A stretch of 64,000 bases of DNA, taken from positions 1-64,000 of the IMG/VR virus record IMGVR_UViG_2930578203_000001; one strand, given 5' to 3'. Below, in pieces: positions 1 through 8,933 of this stretch. Origin of the DNA: a virus (taxonomy: Duplodnaviria > Caudoviricetes). The stretch's first letter is position 1. Each line of letters begins with the position of its first letter. The notes under the pieces were generated by a model. That model was not told the DNA's origin and did not search any database. It saw only the letters and a program-made list of their open reading frames with translations. The position numbers and the translations under genes are program-made.

Positions 1-936
1 CTACGCGGCGGCACGGGCCTGGCGGGCGGCGTGCGACGTCCCGCACCCGCCGCAGTCGGGGAGGCCGCGGATCATCCAGTCCGCGGGGCGCCGGATCTGC
101 CCCTCGTGGCGGTACCAGGAGGCGAGCTGCCACTCCTGACCGCACAGGGTGCGGCGGCCGCTCTTGTCCGGGTTGGGCAGGTGCCGGGTCGTCGCGGAGT
201 GCGTACGGACGTAGACCGGCTCACCCGTCTCCGGGTCGGGCCCGGGGTGCGCGCTCTCGTCCCGCTCCAGGGCGGCCGTCCAGCACGCGGTCACGGTGCG
301 GGTGCCGTCGTACAGGCTGGCCGCCCAGACGGCGACAGAGTTCCGGCGCACGGTGGGCAGCGCGAAGAACCGGGCCCGCCTCTTGGTGAACGCTGGGGCC
401 TTGCTGCCGCCGGGACCGTCCGCCGCATACAGGTCGGCGATTGCCTCGGCCGCCTCCTCCTTCGAGGGGTAGAAGCCGACGATGCCGCCGCGGTTGCGGC
501 ACTTTGAGGACCAGGCGGCGAACCCGCCGCGTGCCAGCTTGGCCGGGGACTCGTCGAAGACGACGCCGATCATCTCGCCGTCCAGCTCCACGTTCAGCTT
601 CATCTCGCCGGGGCGCGGGGAGTCGGGGATGACGGTGAGGCCGGCGCGCATCGGGCGCTCCTGGGGCTCCTCGGCCGCGACCGGCTCAACGGTGGGCGTC
701 TCGTCCTCGACGACCGTCGCCGGAGTCGCCTCGTACCGGCTCGCGTACGGGTTGGACGAGCGAGGCGCCTTGACGGCCTTCGCGTACGTCTCCTGTGAGC
801 TGTAGCCGAAGTGCACGAACCCCTTGCCGAGGTCACCCCAGGTGATCCACCGGATCGGGCGCCCGCCCTTGTTGAAGGTGACTTCCTCGTTGGTCTCGGG
901 GTGGATCGTGCGGTACGTGGTCTTGGTGCGGGCCAT
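1..936 (-). CDS. hypothetical protein
   Basis: 311-aa ORF, AGGAG RBS upstream, high GC3 codon usage, Cys pair near C-terminus. Confidence 0.75.
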   Translation of the reverse strand: MARTKTTYRTIHPETNEEVTFNKGGRPIRWITWGDLGKGFVHFGYSSQETYAKAVKAPRSSNPYASRYEATPATVVEDETPTVEPVAAEEPQERPMRAGLTVIPDSPRPGEMKLNVELDGEMIGVVFDESPAKLARGGFAAWSSKCRNRGGIVGFYPSKEEAAEAIADLYAADGPGGSKAPAFTKRRARFFALPTVRRNSVAVWAASLYDGTRTVTACWTAALERDESAHPGPDPETGEPVYVRTHSATTRHLPNPDKSGRRTLCGQEWQLASWYRHEGQIRRPADWMIRGLPDCGGCGTSHAARQARAAA

Positions 937-1020
937 GGCGCGGACTCCTGGTGTGCGGAAGAAGGTTGGGAGAGGGTGCCGGGGCGCGGCGGTGAGCGTC
1001 GCGCCCCGGCAGCGGTCGGG

Positions 1021-1731
1021 TTACGGACGGACGGCGGTTCCGTCGTGGGCGGCCTCGCCCTTCCACGAGATCGACGGCCAGAAGCCGACGGGGACGTACA
1101 GGAAGTCGCGGCCGCGCTCCGCCTCGTGCGCGGTGTCGGCCTTGGCCTGCTCCACCACGCGCGCGGCCGCCTCGTGGCCGATGGGGAGTTCGACGTTCGC
1201 CAGGACCCAACCGTCGTGGCGGATCACGAGGAACCGCGCCGTCGTGTACGGGGCGAGCCGGTGACCCCAGAGGTTCACGGCCTGGAAGTCGTCGCAGGCC
1301 ACGGTGAACCGCTGCCCGTGGTGCCCGTGCGGCTGACGGCACTTGGTGCACAGCAGGGACTCAGCGCCGGGGGCTCCGAAGAAGGTGAACTTGCCACAGT
1401 GCGTGGCGTTCGAGGCGTTCTCGTGCTCGGTCTTCCACTGCCCGCACAGTGCGCACGTGGGCAGGTCCGGGGACCGCTCCGGGTAGGCCGTGAACACGTC
1501 CGACAGGCCCGGGTACTCGTACCGTACGGTCCCCGCGTCGCCGCGGGCCATCACGCCGTCATTCCGGTTCACGTCGATCAGGACGGCCCGCAGGAGAGCG
1601 CGGGACATGAGCTGACCGCGCTGGTTGGACAGGGCGAACGGGCCAGCGACAAAGACGCGGTACGCCGGGTGGGACGCATCGGCGGGGTTGGTGAACTCGA
1701 CGAACGTGCGGACGGAAGCCGTGGAAGACAT
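1021..1731 (-). CDS. hypothetical protein with CxxC/His motifs
   Basis: Start MSSTASV after GGAG; CALC, HC, CTKC motifs. Confidence 0.7.
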   Translation of the reverse strand: MSSTASVRTFVEFTNPADASHPAYRVFVAGPFALSNQRGQLMSRALLRAVLIDVNRNDGVMARGDAGTVRYEYPGLSDVFTAYPERSPDLPTCALCGQWKTEHENASNATHCGKFTFFGAPGAESLLCTKCRQPHGHHGQRFTVACDDFQAVNLWGHRLAPYTTARFLVIRHDGWVLANVELPIGHEAAARVVEQAKADTAHEAERGRDFLYVPVGFWPSISWKGEAAHDGTAVRP

Positions 1732-1820
1732 GAGAACTCCAGCAGGAGAGGGCGCAGGAAGGGGGAAGGTGCCGGGGCGCGGCGCGTACGGTCGCGCCCC
1801 GGCGGGAGGGGCGTGTCTGC

Positions 1821-2147
1821 TCAGCGCGGCATGTCCGGTCCGGTGCAGGTGCAGACGGCGCGCTGGGCGAGGAGTGCGCGCTGCTCCGACCATGCGGCGT
1901 CCCGCTCGCTCGTGAGGGCCGCGTGCTGGGCGTTGCGGCTCTCCGGGTGGGCGTTCCAGTACCGGACCGCCGCGCGGTCGCTGGTCATGGCGCGCAGTGC
2001 GTTGTGTGCCTTCAGTTCGGCGCACTCGGCGCGGTAGATGGCGCGCGCGGTGATCCAAGCGGGGCAGGTGGGCGCCTCGAAGTCCTGCATCCAGGAACGG
2101 CGGCACTCCGGGTAGACGGGGCGCTCAACGACGGCGGCGGCGGTCAT
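1821..2147 (-). CDS. hypothetical protein
   Basis: GAGGAG RBS before MTAAAVV. Confidence 0.65.
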   Translation of the reverse strand: MTAAAVVERPVYPECRRSWMQDFEAPTCPAWITARAIYRAECAELKAHNALRAMTSDRAAVRYWNAHPESRNAQHAALTSERDAAWSEQRALLAQRAVCTCTGPDMPR

Positions 2148-2238
2148 GGCGGTGTTCTCCTCGGGGCATGCGGCGAGCGGGAGGGGCCGGGGCACGGGTG
2201 GCTGGACCCGCGCCCCGGGATGTGCGAGACCGGACCGG

Positions 2239-2661
2239 TCAGATGACGTCGGTGACGTCGTAGAAGCTGGCCACGCCGCGCGTGAACCGCTCCGGGGCGA
2301 GCTGGAGCCGCGTGTGCCGGACTTCGTCGCGCACGGCCTTCTCGTACGACAGCTCCGCCATGGCGCCCGTCTCGTGGTCGCTGGCCCAGAACTTCAGGAC
2401 CGACCAGTAGTCGACGCCGTACCGGGTGCGCTGAGTCACCGGGTCGATGTACTCGACGAACCGGATGATCAGGACCGGCTTACCGTCGGCACCGTTCACG
2501 ACGGACTCTCGCTTGCCCTTCCCGCCGAGGATGTTGAAGCGGTAGACGTCGGCCTGTTCGCGGGGGACGTCGGTGGGGGCGCTGGAGTTCAGCACGGTGC
2601 GCATCGGCCCGTACTGCGCGGTGAGCTGTTCCATGGGCTTGATGGCCAGGACAGCGTTCAT
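2239..2661 (-). CDS. hypothetical protein
   Basis: MNAVLAIK start follows the conserved leader element. Confidence 0.75.
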   Translation of the reverse strand: MNAVLAIKPMEQLTAQYGPMRTVLNSSAPTDVPREQADVYRFNILGGKGKRESVVNGADGKPVLIIRFVEYIDPVTQRTRYGVDYWSVLKFWASDHETGAMAELSYEKAVRDEVRHTRLQLAPERFTRGVASFYDVTDVI

Positions 2662-2670
2662 CGGCGGTGT

Positions 2671-2707
2671 TCCTTCCTTCGGGACGTTGGCGGTGCTCTC
2701 CGCCAAC
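2671..2707 (-). repeat. conserved hairpin-RBS leader, copy 1
   Basis: GTTGGCGG-AGAGCA-CCGCCAAC-GTCCCGAAGGAAGGA. Confidence 0.9.
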
Positions 2708-2833
2708 ACGGAAGACAGTACAGCAATGAGACTCCCGTGTGTAGTACCCCCTGTAAAACCAGCCCAGCATGCTCCCGCGAGTCTCCTTGCTGCGCCATTC
2801 GAGACTCGCGGGAGCTGTCGAACGTAGGACCGG

Positions 2834-3622
2834 TCAGGCTGCGGTGCCGTACCGCCCCGGGTCCTCTCGTCGCCCGCTCGGCCGGAGGGGAACGACGAAC
2901 ACCGGCACGGCCATCGCGGGGCCGCTCACTGCCGGGGCCGGCACAGACCGCACGGTGACGTCCTGGACCGCGAACAACTCGCCCTGCTCCGGCTCCTCCG
3001 GCAGCATCCGGGCCAGGTGCGCGGCGACGTCCTCCTCCGGGGCCTCCGTCAGGTGGACGCCCCCGACGTGCGCCCACACCTCGGCGGCCACGGTCCCGTG
3101 CTGCTCCCACAGCGGCCGGGAGCTGTCCCGCTCCGGGGTGTCCGGCAAGGTCCCGCGCAGACCGCGCACCAGGGCACTCAGGGCGTCCGCACGGAACTCC
3201 CGGGACCGTACGCGCATGGTGGACGCGTCCTCGTACTCCAAGTGCGGCTCAGCGGCCACAGAGCGCTTCCACGCCCCGAACACCCGGACCGCGCGGGTGG
3301 CGAGTCCTTCCACGGCGTCCAACACCCGCGTCAGGGCGGCAAGGTACCGGGCCAGAGCCCGCGCGCTGCCCTGCACCGTCAGGGGCCGGTCGTCGAGCCC
3401 GCCGTACCGCTCGTCGGTCCCGCAAATCTCCTTATAGTACGACCAGCGAGGGTTCAGGGCGAACGGGGTGGCCGCCTCCACGCCATGGACGTCGGCCAGG
3501 GTCCACGCCACGTCGTGGTGCCGCTTCGCCCTGCGCTTCGACGCGGCGGGGAACACCAGGTCGACGGTGAACCGGCCGGGGGCCGACTCATACGGGCGGG
3601 GGATCTCTACGTACGCGCTCAC
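2834..3622 (-). CDS. hypothetical protein
   Basis: GTG start follows a variant leader element with GAAGGA RBS. Confidence 0.65.
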   Translation of the reverse strand: MSAYVEIPRPYESAPGRFTVDLVFPAASKRRAKRHHDVAWTLADVHGVEAATPFALNPRWSYYKEICGTDERYGGLDDRPLTVQGSARALARYLAALTRVLDAVEGLATRAVRVFGAWKRSVAAEPHLEYEDASTMRVRSREFRADALSALVRGLRGTLPDTPERDSSRPLWEQHGTVAAEVWAHVGGVHLTEAPEEDVAAHLARMLPEEPEQGELFAVQDVTVRSVPAPAVSGPAMAVPVFVVPLRPSGRREDPGRYGTAA

Positions 3623-3630
3623 GCGCTCGT

Positions 3631-3664
3631 TCCTTCCTCTGGGTACGGCGGAAGCTCTCCGCCG
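3631..3664 (-). repeat. conserved leader, variant copy 2
   Basis: CGGCGGAGAGCTTCCGCCG-TACCCAGAGGAAGGA. Confidence 0.65.
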
Positions 3665-3707
3665 CGGGCAGGCCGGCCGCGGGACTGCGACCGGCACACT
3701 CAAGGGC

Positions 3708-4073
3708 TCAGCGGCGGCGCAGCACCCGGCCCAGCAGGGACCGAAGGGACTGGACACGCCCGCGCCGCTCGTACGCCCGGACCATCGCGGCGACGTCGGC
3801 CGGGTCCGGCGAGTTGTGCCAGATCACCTTGATGACCAGGGCCTGACGCAGCTCCCCCTCCGGACGGTCCATCAGCAGCACCGCGCCGTACCGGTCGGGC
3901 TTCCACAGCAGCCAGATGTGATCCGTCTCGGAGCTGTGCTCGAACTCCCCGGTGCGCATGGTCGGCGGGAGACCCAACAGGCGGGCCACCTCGTCGGCGA
4001 ACGACTCGAACGTCCACCTCGGCGACTCAACGGCGTGCAGGTGGGAGCGGAGCCAGGACGGCAGCGCAGACAT
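3708..4073 (-). CDS. hypothetical protein
   Basis: GAGGAAGG RBS before MSALPSW. Confidence 0.6.
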   Translation of the reverse strand: MSALPSWLRSHLHAVESPRWTFESFADEVARLLGLPPTMRTGEFEHSSETDHIWLLWKPDRYGAVLLMDRPEGELRQALVIKVIWHNSPDPADVAAMVRAYERRGRVQSLRSLLGRVLRRR

Positions 4074-4250
4074 GGGCAGGAACCTTCCTCGGAGCGGCGA
4101 ACGGACCACGGCGGGCCCGGACGCCAAGAGCGGGGCAACAGGGCAGACAGGCGGGGTTATGGGACTTCTGGGACCGTCCACACGCGCGCGGGCGCGTATG
4201 GGTCCGTGGGGCGCGGCCCGACCCCTTCGGCCGGGCGGCGCCGGGGCGGA

Positions 4251-5381
4251 TCAGGGACGGCGGTCGCGGATGTACTCGACGGGGACGGCGACGCGGAACC
4301 GGGAGCCGAGCACGCGGCGGGCGTTCTCGGCGGCATCCTCGCGGCCGTCCCGCTTGCGGAACTTCACGACGATCGGCGGGTGCGCGGGGGCGTGCCCGAT
4401 GGGCGAGTCCAGTCCGGCGGTGATCGTCGCGGTGACGGTCCATCCGAGGCCGGAGTCGCTACGGCAGTGCACGCGCACGGTGGGCGTGCCGGTGGCGACG
4501 GCGGACAGCTCCTCGGGCGTGGCGTCGACGGCGTTGTACGCCAGGGCCGCGACGCGGATCTCCTCGGCGGTGCCGGGCATGTCCGTGCCGTGCATCCGGT
4601 GCGCGCGAGGGGCGACGGCCAGGATCACCGCGCGGGCCCGCTCGACGGCGGCGCGCGCCTGGTCGTGGGCGGCGTTGCGGGCGGCGAGGGTGCGGGCGGT
4701 GCGCAGCGCTTCCCACGCCTCCTCGAGGTCCGCGCGGGTCTCGACGATCTCGAGGTGGTGCTCCGGGGCGGAGATCTTGCCCAGGGTGAGCAGGTGGCGG
4801 TCGAGGTTGGCGAGGTCGCGGGGCGCACCACCGAGGGAGGCGTGCACGGTGGACTCGTACGCGGCGAGGGCGGCGTACAGGGGCGTGGTGTCGGGCGCGG
4901 CCGGGGCGGTCTCCTCGGCGGGGGTGGGGCGCTCCTCGACGGCGGCCGGGCGCGGCATGCGCCACAGGCGGATGGACACGGGCTTGCAGTTCCACAGGCG
5001 GCGCGTCTGCTGACGGTGGGAGAGGCGGACGGAGATGGCGTTCGTCAGGGCCTTGTCCCAGCCGCGCGGGTCGTCGTCGCCGCCCTCGGTGATCTCGTCG
5101 CGCAGCGCGTGAACCGCGTCGGTGGTCATGTGGTGGAGCTGTTCGCGGATGGCCCAGTACCGCTCATCCTCGGTGAAGATGACCCGGACGCGTTCGGACT
5201 CGGCGCGCTTGCGGATGATGCGGCGCACCATCTCCTTGTTCGCCTTGCCCTGCTCCTTGTCGGCGTCGCGGCTCATGACGGCGTCGACGAGGTCGTGCGT
5301 GACGACGCGGCCGTTGTGCTCCCTGGCAGCGATGAAGATCTGCAGCGCCATCCAGTCGGCGCGCTCCGTGGCAGTGATCAC
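4251..5381 (-). CDS. hypothetical protein
   Basis: GTG start after leader element; strong GC3 bias. Confidence 0.75.
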   Translation of the reverse strand: MITATERADWMALQIFIAAREHNGRVVTHDLVDAVMSRDADKEQGKANKEMVRRIIRKRAESERVRVIFTEDERYWAIREQLHHMTTDAVHALRDEITEGGDDDPRGWDKALTNAISVRLSHRQQTRRLWNCKPVSIRLWRMPRPAAVEERPTPAEETAPAAPDTTPLYAALAAYESTVHASLGGAPRDLANLDRHLLTLGKISAPEHHLEIVETRADLEEAWEALRTARTLAARNAAHDQARAAVERARAVILAVAPRAHRMHGTDMPGTAEEIRVAALAYNAVDATPEELSAVATGTPTVRVHCRSDSGLGWTVTATITAGLDSPIGHAPAHPPIVVKFRKRDGREDAAENARRVLGSRFRVAVPVEYIRDRRP

Positions 5382-5388
5382 CGGGTGT

Positions 5389-5424
5389 TCCTTCGTTCGG
5401 GACGTCCCGGTTGCTCTCCGGGAC
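5389..5424 (-). repeat. conserved leader, copy 3
   Basis: GTCCCGG-AGAGCAA-CCGGGAC-GTCCCGAACGAAGGA. Confidence 0.9.
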
Positions 5425-5527
5425 TGTGTGGTGGGGCGGTGCGCCCTGCGCCCGTTCCGGCGTGTGCCGGCCTCTCGAGGGCGGGGCGCACCGCCCGCCG
5501 GGGGAAGGGCGGGCGGTGCGGGTGGGG

Positions 5528-5764
5528 TCAGTGCGTGTTGCTCTGTTCGGCCGTGGCCTCGTTGAGGACGTGGACGGTCATGGGCGACCGCTTGATTGCG
5601 GGGAGGGTGAGCAGTCGGGCGCGCTCCTCGACGCTGAGCTTTCCGGCCCACGTTCGGGCGGCCCGGTACTGCTGGCGTGCGAAGTAGTCGCTGAGGCCGC
5701 GCCGGACGTAGGCGGCGATGAGGGGCTCGGGGCAATCGGTGAGCTTGGCAAAGGACACGGACAT
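5528..5764 (-). CDS. small hypothetical protein
   Basis: MSVSFAK start after leader element and promoter motif. Confidence 0.65.
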   Translation of the reverse strand: MSVSFAKLTDCPEPLIAAYVRRGLSDYFARQQYRAARTWAGKLSVEERARLLTLPAIKRSPMTVHVLNEATAEQSNTH

Positions 5765-5772
5765 GGGTGACT

Positions 5773-5809
5773 TCCTTCGTTCGGGACTGCCCCGGTTGCT
5801 CTCCGGGGC
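5773..5809 (-). repeat. conserved leader, copy 4
   Basis: GCCCCGG-AGAGCAA-CCGGGGC-AGTCCCGAACGAAGGA. Confidence 0.9.
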
Positions 5810-5831
5810 GGCGGTGTGAACCGCTGAGAGA

Positions 5832-5937
5832 ACAGTACAGCAATGCGACTCAAGGGCAACAGGAACGCCGTAAGGATCTGTAAACGTGCACGTAAAACGG
5901 CTTGCCGGAGCTCCCGTCGGTCTCATGGCTGTACTTT
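5832..5937. promoter_or_regulatory. divergent promoter pair with shared GAGTCKCATTGCTGTACT-like motif
   Basis: Motif at 5832-5851 (-) and 5918-5937 (+); also at 2715-2734 (-) and 6948-6967 (+); each ends in a TACTNT -10 box. Confidence 0.7.
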
Positions 5938-5980
5938 TCCGCGTTGGCTGTGTACGTTCTGGAGCCCCGCCACCCGGCGG

Positions 5981-6018
5981 CCCGGGGTCGAGCAACCCCG
6001 GGAGTCCCGAACGAAGGA
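5981..6018 (+). repeat. conserved leader, copy 5
   Basis: CCCGGGGT-CGAGCA-ACCCCGGG-AGTCCCGAACGAAGGA. Confidence 0.9.
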
Positions 6019-6026
6019 TCACCACC

Positions 6027-6539
6027 ATGCGCATGCCGCGCCTTCTCACCCGTCGCCCCCGTCCCGCCGCGCTCCTGGCCGCTGGAGCCGCCGCGATCGC
6101 CCTCGGCACCCTGGGCACCCTCGGCGCCTCCGACGCCACCCCGGCCGACTTCGCGACCAGCCCCACCGTCACGCAGGCGGACGTGGTGGAGGCGTACAAC
6201 GACGGCTGGATCGATGGCCGCGCGGACCTGATGGGCGACGACAACCGGGACGGCTACGTCGACGAGGACGAGTCCGGATGGGACTGCGCCACGATGGGCA
6301 ACCGCCAGTGCGGCCCCGGGGTCTCGCCGCAGTGCAAGGGGGAGACCGAGTACGCCGACCTGTGCGCGACGGTAGCGGGACGCCCGGCGTACGCCTGGAC
6401 GGACGCCGACGGCACCCCGCACGCCGTGGCGGCCAGGCGGAAGCTGCTCGCCCGGCTCGACGTCACCCCAGGCACCGAGGAGTTCGCCGCCGCACCGTTC
6501 GCCCTGGACACCCTGTGGGCACAGCACAACGAGGACTGA
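6027..6539 (+). CDS. putative secreted protein with EF-hand-like loop
   Basis: Basic N-terminus plus hydrophobic stretch; DDNRDGYVDEDE motif; 4 Cys. Confidence 0.7.
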   Translation: MRMPRLLTRRPRPAALLAAGAAAIALGTLGTLGASDATPADFATSPTVTQADVVEAYNDGWIDGRADLMGDDNRDGYVDEDESGWDCATMGNRQCGPGVSPQCKGETEYADLCATVAGRPAYAWTDADGTPHAVAARRKLLARLDVTPGTEEFAAAPFALDTLWAQHNED

Positions 6540-6613
6540 CCGCCCGCTGACCCCGGCCGGGGCCGGGGGCGCACTGCTCGCGCCCCCGGCCCGGCCCCGG
6601 ACAGGAGACCGCA

Positions 6614-6838
6614 GTGACCGCCGCCAAGCTCCCCGGGCGCAACTGGCTGCGCATGGCGCCCGCCGACTTCGACCGCGACGCCCCGGCCGTCCCGGACGCT
6701 TCCGACCGTCACGTCCCCGCCGTGCCCGACGAGTGCGGCACCGTGCCGCTGTTCGGGGAGGACCCGGCGGCCGCGCGCACCCCCGGCACCCGCGTGCCGG
6801 CCGCGACGTTCCCCGAGCAAGCTGACACCCTGTTCTAG
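6614..6838 (+). CDS. small hypothetical protein
   Basis: AGGAG RBS, GTG start. Confidence 0.55.
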   Translation: MTAAKLPGRNWLRMAPADFDRDAPAVPDASDRHVPAVPDECGTVPLFGEDPAAARTPGTRVPAATFPEQADTLF

Positions 6839-6973
6839 GCCGCGAGGATAGTGCAGCCGCGAGACTTCCGGCGCACGGCGCGACCGACGTACAACCGCGT
6901 TCCACCTGCGAAATCCTCGATTCTTCCCGGGATCTCGTGGGACCCGCGAGTCTCATTGCTGTACTATCAAGGG

Positions 6974-7012
6974 GTTGGCGGAGAGCACCGCCAACAAGTC
7001 CCGAACGAAGGA
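6974..7012 (+). repeat. conserved leader, copy 6
   Basis: GTTGGCGG-AGAGCA-CCGCCAAC-AAGTCCCGAACGAAGGA. Confidence 0.9.
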
Positions 7013-7019
7013 TCACCCC

Positions 7020-7403
7020 ATGGCTTCTGTCGCCGCCCGCCGCGCACTCCGCGACCGCGTCCGCGCCCACCGCGCCGCCTCCGCCGCCCGTCGCGAAGTC
7101 GCCCGCGCCGCCCGCCGCGTCCGCCACACCGCCCGCTCCCTGACCACGCACGTCATCGCCACCGGTGCCGACCGCGCGACCGCCAAGGGCGTCGTCAAGG
7201 CCCTCCAGGGCGTCGCCAAGACCGCCCGCACCAACGGCCTCAAGGGCAAGCGGGCCCGCATCCGCCGCACCGCCCAGGGCTTCAAGCGCCACGCCGTCAC
7301 CGCCTACCGGTACACCCGCGCCCAGGTCTCCCAGATCGCCGCGCAGTACAAGCCGCGCAAGGCCGAGTACAAGGCCGTCCGCGCCGCGCTGATCGCCGTC
7401 TGA
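7020..7403 (+). CDS. highly basic Arg/Lys/Ala-rich protein, putative nucleic-acid binding
   Basis: ATG after leader element; composition. Confidence 0.75.
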   Translation: MASVAARRALRDRVRAHRAASAARREVARAARRVRHTARSLTTHVIATGADRATAKGVVKALQGVAKTARTNGLKGKRARIRRTAQGFKRHAVTAYRYTRAQVSQIAAQYKPRKAEYKAVRAALIAV

Positions 7404-7492
7404 CCGGCCCCCAGACCGCCGGGGCGCGGCCCTCCCCCGCCGCGCCCCGGCCCCCCACCTTCACCCAGCACACCCCGGAGACGGAGACACCC

Positions 7493-8299
7493 ATGCCCGC
7501 CACGCCCAACGCCCTCGCCGCCGCCCACCGCGCCCGCACCATCGCCACCATCGCCCGCACCCGCGCCGCGATCCCCGCGCCCGTGCCGAACGCCGACGGC
7601 CGCACCGCCCTGACGGACATCGCCACCCTCCTCGACGACGCCGCCACGGTGCTGGAGACCGATGAGCCCGGCACGTGGGACGGCATCGTCATCACGAACG
7701 CGCTGCCCTTCGACGCCTCGGTCGTCCTGCACGCCGCCGACGGCATTGCCGCCGCCAACCCGGCCATCGGCTTCCCGCCCCGCTTCACGCAGTACGTCAC
7801 CGCCCCCGTGCTCGGCAACGAGGTCGAGCTGCCCCTGTCGCTCCTCCCCGGCGGCCCCGTGCTGATCGCCCGGGAAGGCGACCTGTTCGCCCGGCTCCTC
7901 GCCATCCACGGCCACCTGCGGCTCATACCCCCGGCCCGGGACACGACCGCGCTCCTGGAAGGCGCATTCACCCTGCACTGGAAGCACGCCCACCTCGCCG
8001 CGTCCGAAGCCACCATGACCGACCGCCCGGCCAACCGACCCGCCGTCCCGGCCGCCGTCGAGATCGCGACCCCGGGCACCACCATGGCACTGAGCCGCGC
8101 CCACGACTCGTACGGACCGACCGTGATGTACGGGCTCACAAGCCGCCGTCTGCCTTGCCACGTCAGCGACGAGGGCGTCACTCACACCGCCGTCCGCATG
8201 GTCTCCCACCTCGGCGCCACCATCGCCACCTGCGACGACGACCGCCACCGCAACGCCGCCGCCGTCGCCGCGCGGGAGCTGTACGACTCCCTCGGCTGA
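7493..8299 (+). CDS. hypothetical protein
   Basis: GGAG RBS, MPATPNAL start, strong GC3 bias. Confidence 0.7.
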   Translation: MPATPNALAAAHRARTIATIARTRAAIPAPVPNADGRTALTDIATLLDDAATVLETDEPGTWDGIVITNALPFDASVVLHAADGIAAANPAIGFPPRFTQYVTAPVLGNEVELPLSLLPGGPVLIAREGDLFARLLAIHGHLRLIPPARDTTALLEGAFTLHWKHAHLAASEATMTDRPANRPAVPAAVEIATPGTTMALSRAHDSYGPTVMYGLTSRRLPCHVSDEGVTHTAVRMVSHLGATIATCDDDRHRNAAAVAARELYDSLG

Positions 8300-8439
8300 C
8301 CAGCCGGGCGGACGCGACACAAGCCGCGCCCGCCCGGCCCACTGGCCGACGGCCACACAGCCCGCCGCGCCCCGGGGCCGGACGTACGAGTCGCCCGGGC
8401 GCAACGCAAGCACCACCCGCATGACCAGATCACCCAGCA

Positions 8440-8474
8440 GGAGAGCACCGCGCCGGACCGTCCCGAACGAAGGA
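8440..8474 (+). repeat. conserved leader, copy 7 (left stem arm degenerate)
   Basis: GGAGAGCACCG...GTCCCGAACGAAGGA. Confidence 0.8.
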
Positions 8475-8482
8475 ACCGCACC

Positions 8483-8764
8483 GTGCCCCTGTCCGCCGTC
8501 ACCCCCTCCAAGACCGCCGCCCCGCTCGCCACCCTCCTGCCCCCATGGCGTCGCCTGAACCCTCGGCCCCGTCCTGTGCGGCATCCGCCCCAACGCCACC
8601 ATGTCCGGATCACGAACGGCCGCCACGCCCTGATCGTCGTCGAGCAGGCAGGCCGCATCGAGGTGTACGCCGACCGGCCCGACATGTTCCCCGTCTGCCA
8701 ATCATCTGCGGTAGTGCCACTACACCAGGTGACGGATCTTGTGCATATGCGTGCCGGCAAGTAG
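8483..8764 (+). CDS. hypothetical protein, 3' end possibly replaced at the defence-island junction
   Basis: Leader element upstream; base composition changes after about 8700. Confidence 0.5.
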   Translation: MPLSAVTPSKTAAPLATLLPPWRRLNPRPRPVRHPPQRHHVRITNGRHALIVVEQAGRIEVYADRPDMFPVCQSSAVVPLHQVTDLVHMRAGK

Positions 8765-8933
8765 CTTCCGCAGTAGGCTAATTGTCCTGCATAGCACTAA
8801 GTGCGTCCCTTCCGCTTGCCCTGTTTCGCGGACAGACGGTTGCACCATCTCCCTCCCGGCGGTGAGTGACCGTTGAGTGCGCGCTCTCTGCCGCAGGCTG
8901 GGTAGGCAGATACGGAGGGGAGCGGGAAGGCTG

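Noticed and set aside
3468-5687. Long opposite-strand ORFs (e.g. 3468-5687, 14349-16352, 56303-58921, 59870-61615)
   Set aside because: Shadow frames of high-GC genes, with no RBS or recognisable motifs
977-8474. Repeats as a CRISPR array
   Set aside because: They are separated by whole genes, not 30-40 nt spacers, and no cas genes were seen
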